DNA from: Prorocentrum cordatum
Lineage: Eukaryota
DNA: 64,000 bases
Assembly (NCBI GenBank): GCA_963575745.1
Contig: CAUYUJ010000321.1
Coordinates: 1-64,000 of the forward strand
Reading direction: 5' to 3'
In this document: piece by piece, positions 63,951 to 64,000 of the stretch
How positions within the stretch are numbered: position 1 is the first letter of the stretch
Layout of the letters: every line of letters begins with the position of its first letter
Made by a program: the position numbers and the translations under genes
Notes under the pieces: generated by a model
The model's database searches: none
Seen by the model: the letters and a program-made list of their open reading frames with translations, nothing else
Told to the model about the DNA's origin: nothing

Positions 63951-64000
63951 GACTCGCAGACTGCAGACGTCCCCGCCGCCCCCGTCACTCTCATCCGCGA

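Overview
Repeat-rich, GC-rich eukaryotic DNA. A near-perfect dinoflagellate spliced leader (DinoSL) at 45782-45802 indicates a dinoflagellate genome (inference). There is no CRISPR array, rRNA or tRNA. The left 12 kb is a tandem duplication (~7.6-8 kb unit) of an intronless minus-strand gene. It encodes a secreted, probably GPI-anchored protein with 13 copies of a 62-aa Cys/Trp module. Next come a decayed gene with ParB-like and SET-like parts, a cluster of palindromic MITE-like elements, many micro/minisatellites, and three minus-strand non-LTR retrotransposons (LINEs). The best candidate for an undescribed system is the full-length LINE at 40882-45802. Its 5' end is the DinoSL itself, both ends abut (TCA)n microsatellite, and ORF1 meets an AUG-less ORF2 at a +1 'shifty stop' (CCC TTT TGA). 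This suggests a retrotransposon whose 5' end is made by SL trans-splicing and that inserts into (TCA)n. All recognisable coding regions are on the minus strand. Some frameshifts and homopolymer runs may be sequencing or assembly errors. Coordinates were read by eye.
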